Positions 57,289-64,000 of a stretch of 64,000 nt of DNA are shown in pieces. Origin of the DNA: an uncultured Pseudomonadota bacterium (lineage in GTDB: Bacteria > Myxococcota_A > Polyangia > Fen-1088); assembly GCA_963847705.1 (NCBI GenBank), contig CAWKBC010000044.1, positions 32,001 through 96,000 of the forward strand, written 5' to 3'. A model generated the notes under the pieces. That model saw nothing but the letters and a program-made list of their open reading frames with translations, searched no databases and was not told where the DNA came from. The position numbers were made by a program, and so were the translations under genes. How positions within the stretch are numbered: the first letter of the stretch is position 1; each line of letters starts with the position of its first letter.

Positions 57289-60002
57289 ATGAAGCCCCTC
57301 CTCGCGGTCGCGTCGGCGGCGCTGGTGTTGTCGGCCTGTCTGGTCCCGGCACCGCCGCCAGCGCCCGCCCCTGCCACGGCGGCGAGCATCGCGCCGGGCG
57401 CTCCGCCAGCTGTGCCCGCGCCCGCGGCCGCCACCAGCGCCGACGAGACGCACGATCCGCAACACTGGTTCCCGTTCCCGGCGCGTGGAATCGGCGCGGC
57501 CACCGGGCTGGTCGACCTTGGCGCCCTCAACGACGCGCCGGCCGGAGCGCGCGGGTTCATTCGCGCCAGCGGCGGCCACTTCGTCGACGGGGCCGGGACG
57601 CGCGTGCGGTTCTTCGGCGTCGATTGCACCGCGACCGCCTGCTTCCCCACCCACGAGGTGGCGACGCGCGCCGCCGCCCATTTTCGGCGCCTCGGCGTCA
57701 ATCTGGTCCGCTTTCACTTCATGGACAAGGGGACCGCGCCGATCGGGCTCCTGGTTCAGAGATCGGACGCGCTCGACCCGGCGCAGCTCGATCGGTTGGA
57801 CTTCTTCGTCGCCGAGCTGGCCAAGAACGGGATCTATTCCAACATCAACCTGCACGTCGCCCGCCGTTACCCGGGGCTCGACGGCGAGGCCGCCCAGCGC
57901 TTCGAGTTCGGCAAGATGCTGGATCGCTTCTATCCGCCGTTCATCGAGTCGCAGAAGGTCTACGCGCGGGCGCTGCTCACGCACGTGAACCCCTACACCG
58001 GGCGCCCCTACACCGCCGAGCCGGCCGTGCTCTGCGTGGAGATGAACAACGAGAACACCGCGCTCCCGTTCTGGGCCGGCAACCTCGACGATCTGCCCCA
58101 ACCCTACGCGGCCGAATTGAAGCGGCAGTGGAACGTCTGGTTGCGCCAGCGCTACAGATCGACGGCTCGTCTGCGGGCAGCTTGGGCCGGCGATGCCAGG
58201 AGCGCACCCAGGGAGATCTTGAGCAACGCCGATCTCTCGGCCGGCACCGAGGGCTGGACGTTCGAGTCGGCCGGGGTCCCGACGCGTGGCGAGGTCGTGC
58301 CGACCGAAGACGGCGGTCGCGCGCTGCGGTTCTCGGCGGCTCGGCGCGGGACCGCCAGCTGGCACCTGCAGCTTTATCGCGCGCACCTGCCGCTCGTCGA
58401 GGGCGAGAGCTACCACCTCGGTTTCCGCGTGCACGCGCCGCGCGGCTTCGTCGGCCCCGAGGGCCCGATCCCGCCCGCGCGGAACCTGGAGACGCTGGCG
58501 ATGCTCGCGGTCCCCGACTGGCGGAACATCGGCCTCTACCGGATGATCGCGCTGACGCCTGAGTGGCAGCGGATCGACATCACCTTCCGGCCGCAGGGGA
58601 CCATCGCTGGCGAGGGGCGCCTCAACTTCGGGCTGCGGAACGTGCCGGGCGTCGTGGAGCTCGCCGATCTGTCGCTGACGGCCGGCGCGCCGCCGGTGAA
58701 GCTGGCCACCAGCGAGACCATCGAAGCGGCGACCATTCCGCTGGTGCACGGGGAGAGCGGCTCGCCCGCCGGCGAGGACTTCCTGCGCTTCCTGGCCGAC
58801 ACCGACCGCGCCACGGCGCACACGCTGGCGACGTTCATCCGCACGGAGCTGGGATTGCGGTCGCTGCTCGTCGACACCCAGGCCAGCTACGGCGGCCTCG
58901 AGGGGCTGCGCCGCGAGCTCGCCAGCTCCGACTTCATCGACATGCACGCCTACTGGCAGCACCCGGACTTTGCCTCGGGCTGGAGCCAGCTCCGCTTTCA
59001 CATCGACAACACCACCCAGGTGGCGGCACCCGACGGCGGCGCGCTCGGCTCGCTCGCCGTCTATCGCGTCGGCGGCAGGCCGTTCACCGTCAGCGAATAC
59101 AACGTGCCCGCCCCCAACGACTACGCCGGCGAGGCGTTGCCGATGTACGCGTCGATCGCCGCCGCGCAGGATTGGGACGCCATCTACGCCTACACCTATC
59201 TCGACTTCTCGGCGCGCTGGGAGGCCGATCACCTGCTCGGCTTCTTCGACCTGGCCGGCAACCCCGCGGCGCTCAGCTTCCTGCCGGTGGCGGCCCTCAC
59301 GTTTCGCAAGGGACTGGTGGCGCCGGCGCCGACCGTCGCCCAGCTGGCCTTGCCGGCCACCGGCGAAAAGACCCCGCCGCTCGTCGGTGAAGGGGCGCTG
59401 GCCAAGCTCTGGACGTCGGCCGGCCTTCCACCGTCGCTGCTCTCGTCGCGCCGGCTGGAGATCGTTTCGCCGCCGCGGCGCGCGGCGCCCGCCAAGCAAC
59501 CCGGCAGGAATGAACCCGCGGGTCAGCTGGTCTGGAACGCCGCCGCGCCCGCGCCGACCTTCACGGTCGATGCGCCGGCGCTGCGCGTCGCCGCGGGAAA
59601 GATCGCCGGCACGGCGTTCGATCTCGGCGACGTCCACTTCGACGTCGGCGAGCTGCCGCGCGGCGATGCCTCCATCGCGCTGGTGGCGCTCGACGGTCTC
59701 CCGCTGGCGCTCTCCAAGGAGATGTTGCTGGTCGCCGTCGCGCGGGTCGAGAACACCGCCATGAAGTGGAACGCCGACCGCACCGGACTCACCTCCTGGG
59801 GACACGGACCGGCGGTGGCCGAGTTCGTGCCGCTCACGGTCAGCCTCCCCGGGCCCCCGTTGCGGGCCGAGCGGCTCGATCCCGCGGGCGGCGTCGCCGA
59901 GCCGCTCGCCGTCACGGCCGAAGCTGGCGGAGGTGCAAGCGCAAGCAGACGCTCGGTCCTCCACCTCGATCACCAACCGTCGCTCTGGTTTCTGCTCCGT
60001 CG

Positions 60003-60006
<4 letters not shown>
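57289..60006 (+). CDS. GH5-like glycoside hydrolase lipoprotein with inserted CBM4/9-like domain
   Basis: Lipobox LSAC, RVRFFG, VRFHFMD, HVNPYTG, NNEN, HAYWQHP and SEYN; WHLQL..L..G..Y CBM-like insert. Confidence 0.78.
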
Positions 60007-61028
<1,022 letters not shown>

Positions 61029-61063
61029 CCTGGAAAGTCTAGCGCGACGCCCGCTTCGGGCGG

Positions 61064-62863
61064 TCAGGGCGCGGGTGACCGACCTTTGCAGCCGTTCTTG
61101 TAGATCGTGATCTGCGGTCCCGGTCGCTCCATCGCGCCGAAATCTTTGAACGGAACCAGGAAGGCGTCGAACGTGTCCCAGGTGGCCGTGTCTTGTGCGC
61201 CGGGCGAGAAGCTCGCCGCCGGCGTCCAGCAGGGATCGTCGACGGGCCGGACCTTGTCGTTCCGCCCCACCACCCAGCCGATCGCGCGCGGCCCCTCGGC
61301 GCGCGACAGGAAGTCGGGCGCCGACGGCGCGTGGAGGTCGGTCAGCGCCAGCCGCTGGTCGTACTCCCAGATGACGAAGCGCTGGGCCCCCAGGAAACCA
61401 ATCCGCTCCCAACCTGCCTCGCGTTGCCCCGCAACGGCGGGGGCGTTCGACAGCCGGGCAGGAAGGTAGCGCGGGTTGACCGTCGACTGAAACTCGCCCG
61501 GCGCCGGCGTCAGCGGCACGATCGGCGCCAGGAGGACGGGGACGGGCCGCCAGAGCGCAGCCGGAAGCTCTTGCCGGCAGACGACCGCCACGCTGACGTC
61601 GACGGCGTGCACCTGCGCGTAGGCCCCCTCGGTCAAGACGAGCTTGTGGGCGCTGCGCGCGGCCAGCCAGTCCCGCGCCTGATCCCGCGTATCTTGCCGG
61701 GCCATCAACCGGTCGAAGGCGACGAGCCGCGCGGTCGGCAGCGCGAGCGCGAGCAAGGCCACCAGCGCCAGCGCCAGTCGTCGAGGAATGCGTCCCGACA
61801 GCCGCTCGACGAGCAGCGCCGCCGCGACGCCGCCACCCGCCGTCAGAGCCGGCACCAACGGCGAGCCGTAGCGCGCGTAGTTGAGGCGCAGCGGCCCCAG
61901 AAAACAGGCGTAGAACATGAACGCGTAGACGACCAGGGAGATGCCGCGACGCTGGCGGACGCACCAGACGAGCCCCGCCAGGCAGAGCAGCAACCCGGGC
62001 CATCCGAAGGTCGTGGAAAAGACCACCGTCGGGTAGAAGATCAAGCCCGGCGTCGTCCGATTCGCGGCGTAGCGCCCGAGCTGACCGACGAACCCTTCAC
62101 GAAACTCAGACCAGTGGGTGACGATCTGCGGTGACCAGAGGAGCAGGCCAGCCACCCCAGCCACGACGGCGCAGGCGATCGGAACGGCGGCCCGTCGTCG
62201 CTCGCGCTGCAGCAGCTCGACGGCTGCGGCCGCGCAGGGAAACGCCAGCCCCAGAGCGCTGTACTTCGTGCTGACGGCCGTCCCCGCGCAAAACGCGGCG
62301 GCCACCAGCCACCAGGCCCCGCGAATCGCCACCCGCGCACAGCAAAGGAGCGCCAACGCGATCTCGAAGCAGAGAAGCGCGTCGCTGACCGCGAAGTGTC
62401 CGTCGCGCCCCACCAGATAGTTCAACGCGTAGAGCGCCGTGGCCCACAGGGCTGCCGCCTCGGCCCGCTCGGGCACAATCTCGGCGGCCAAGCCGCCCAC
62501 GATCCAGGCGGTGGCCGCGCCCAGGACTGCGAAGACGACCCGGACGGGAAGAATCAAGGCGATCGGATTCACGGCCAGCAGGCAGCCCAAATTCACGTCG
62601 ACGCCCTGGCCACCCCTCAGGTGGTACCAGGCGCGCTCCAACCAGAGGACCGCATGCCACAGCTTGAACGCCAGGTCCGGCCAACCGGTGGCGAGCCGAT
62701 CGTAGGAGCGGACGAACATCGCCAGCGCCTCGACGGCGAAAATCTCTTCGTCCGGGCGACCCACCGGCGTGCCGGCGGCGAAGCCGATTCCCCACAAGCG
62801 CAGCCCCAGCCCGACGGCCACGATTCCGGCGAGCAGCAGCCTCGACCGCAGGCGGCGGTTCAA
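61064..62863 (-). CDS. GT-C fold membrane glycosyltransferase (GT39/ArnT-like)
   Basis: LRLWG..PDE after TM1, H...D, STKY and many transmembrane segments. Confidence 0.75.
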   Translation of the reverse strand: MNRRLRSRLLLAGIVAVGLGLRLWGIGFAAGTPVGRPDEEIFAVEALAMFVRSYDRLATGWPDLAFKLWHAVLWLERAWYHLRGGQGVDVNLGCLLAVNPIALILPVRVVFAVLGAATAWIVGGLAAEIVPERAEAAALWATALYALNYLVGRDGHFAVSDALLCFEIALALLCCARVAIRGAWWLVAAAFCAGTAVSTKYSALGLAFPCAAAAVELLQRERRRAAVPIACAVVAGVAGLLLWSPQIVTHWSEFREGFVGQLGRYAANRTTPGLIFYPTVVFSTTFGWPGLLLCLAGLVWCVRQRRGISLVVYAFMFYACFLGPLRLNYARYGSPLVPALTAGGGVAAALLVERLSGRIPRRLALALVALLALALPTARLVAFDRLMARQDTRDQARDWLAARSAHKLVLTEGAYAQVHAVDVSVAVVCRQELPAALWRPVPVLLAPIVPLTPAPGEFQSTVNPRYLPARLSNAPAVAGQREAGWERIGFLGAQRFVIWEYDQRLALTDLHAPSAPDFLSRAEGPRAIGWVVGRNDKVRPVDDPCWTPAASFSPGAQDTATWDTFDAFLVPFKDFGAMERPGPQITIYKNGCKGRSPAP

Positions 62864-63303
62864 TCGAGCGCGCGCCCCATGCTGAGCCGCTCCTCGATCT
62901 GGTAGCCGAGCGCCCGGTAGAAGGCGACGACGCTCTCGTTGGTGGCGCGAACCTGGAGGTTGATCTTCGAACAGCCCCGCGCGCTCAGCGCCGCCTCCGC
63001 GCCGCGCACGAGACGCGTCGCGATCCCGCGGCGCCGGTGCGCGGGGTCCACGGCCAGATGGTAGATCCAGCCGCGGACGCCGTCGAAGCCCGCGATGACC
63101 GCGCCCACGATGGTGCAGTCAAGGGCACCGTCGAGCTCGGCGACCAGGAGCGACTCGGGATGAACCGCCAGCGCGCCGTCGATCAATCGGTCCGGCGCGC
63201 TTCGCGGCGGGTCGCGGGGAAACACCGCGTCCCACAGCCGCACGAGCTGCAGGCGGTCCGCTGGGCGGAACGATCGAATGGCCACCTCTGCGTTTGCCGT
63301 CAT
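62860..63303 (-). CDS. GNAT acetyltransferase (YpeA-like)
   Basis: AGFDG.RGWIYHLAV.P..RRRGIA and KINLQVR..N...FY. Confidence 0.92.
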   Translation of the reverse strand: MTANAEVAIRSFRPADRLQLVRLWDAVFPRDPPRSAPDRLIDGALAVHPESLLVAELDGALDCTIVGAVIAGFDGVRGWIYHLAVDPAHRRRGIATRLVRGAEAALSARGCSKINLQVRATNESVVAFYRALGYQIEERLSMGRALD

Positions 63304-63407
63304 GACCAGACTGGGCGAAGCGGCCGCTTGCGATAAGCTTGCCGCGCGCCGGCGAATTCGAGCGTATCACGGCGGCTTCACCTCATGACGACGACGGGAC
63401 TCTCTGC

Positions 63408-64000
63408 TTGAGCAGCTTGGCGACGCCGGCGCGCGAGGGCGATCGGCAGCGGGCCCTCGCGCTCCTGCGCCGCCACGGCTGGAACGCCACGTCGTTCCAG
63501 ATCCTCGAGCCGGGCTTTCACTACTGGTTCGACGCCCGGGAGGCCCACCAGTCCGACGAGGCCCAAGAGCGCGACGACGCCTGCGTCGCCTACCTCGACA
63601 CCGGCCGGGCCTGGGTGGCGGCCGGCGCGCCGATCGCGGGGCCCGAGCGTGCGCCCGAGGTCGCCCTCAGGTTCGTGGCCGCGGCGGCCGCGCAGGGGCG
63701 CCGCGCCTGCTTCTTCGGCACCGAGGATCGCTTCGCCGCGGCAGCGCCGTTCGCGGCCATGCGCATCGGCGAGCAGGGCGACTGGGATCCTGCCGCCTGG
63801 GAAGAGACCTTGCGGGGAACGCGCAGCCTGCGCGAGCAGATCCGCCGCTCGCGCGCCAAGGGGGTCACCGTGCGCGCCTTCGACGCCCACCTCTTCGCCC
63901 AGCCCGGCGGTGAACCGCGCGCCAGCGTCGACCGTTTGATCGCGCGCTGGGAGGCGGGGCACCCGATGCCGCCGATGGGGTTCCTGGTCCAGATCCACCT
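63408..64000 (+). CDS. DUF2156/MprF-synthase-like aminoacyltransferase domain protein, 5' part; runs off the window edge
   Basis: Read by hand because it is missing from the ORF track: LRRHGWNATSFQILEPG, AWVAAGAP, SLREQIRR.RAKGV and PMGFLV. Confidence 0.72.
   Translation, partial: MSSLATPAREGDRQRALALLRRHGWNATSFQILEPGFHYWFDAREAHQSDEAQERDDACVAYLDTGRAWVAAGAPIAGPERAPEVALRFVAAAAAQGRRACFFGTEDRFAAAAPFAAMRIGEQGDWDPAAWEETLRGTRSLREQIRRSRAKGVTVRAFDAHLFAQPGGEPRASVDRLIARWEAGHPMPPMGFLVQIH

Noticed and set aside
57031-59976. 981-aa antisense ORF, and similar long ones at 16675, 20212, 28563, 35926 and 43240
   Set aside because: They mirror well-supported genes on the opposite strand and carry no motifs; stop codons are scarce at this GC content.

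Overview
High-GC bacterial chromosomal DNA. The MYXO-CTERM tail, many Gly/Thr-tethered lipoproteins and Cys-rich vWA lipoproteins point to Myxococcota, probably Polyangia (inference). There are about 52 protein genes; I found no rRNA, tRNA, CRISPR array or transposase. Main blocks: (1) xth and redox genes; (2) secreted carbohydrate-active lipoproteins (Agd3-like deacetylase, GH-A hydrolase, SGNH esterase, GH128 with a SUEL lectin, GH5-like with a CBM); (3) an antiporter/glucose dehydrogenase/GMC/MFS run divergent from cydA and a CydB-NDH-2 fusion; (4) an rsbRSTX stressosome operon with an output kinase; (5) ackA-pta; (6) a four-gene unit of an UrtA-like binding protein, a 2Fe-2S/FAD reductase, a Rieske ferredoxin and an 881-aa MocR-MOSC-rubredoxin fusion that lacks the PLP lysine; (7) LysR/AKR, WYL/VOC and ArsR/SRPBCC pairs; (8) asnB-GT2; (9) two paralogous vWA lipoproteins flanking slyD and an orphan, motif-degenerate Wadjet JetD. 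The best candidates for an undescribed system are the MocR-MOSC-rubredoxin unit and the CydB-NDH-2 fusion. Two single-base homopolymer frameshifts suggest the assembly has indel errors, so fusions and odd codons need read-level confirmation. All family calls come from motif recognition by eye; no database search was run.
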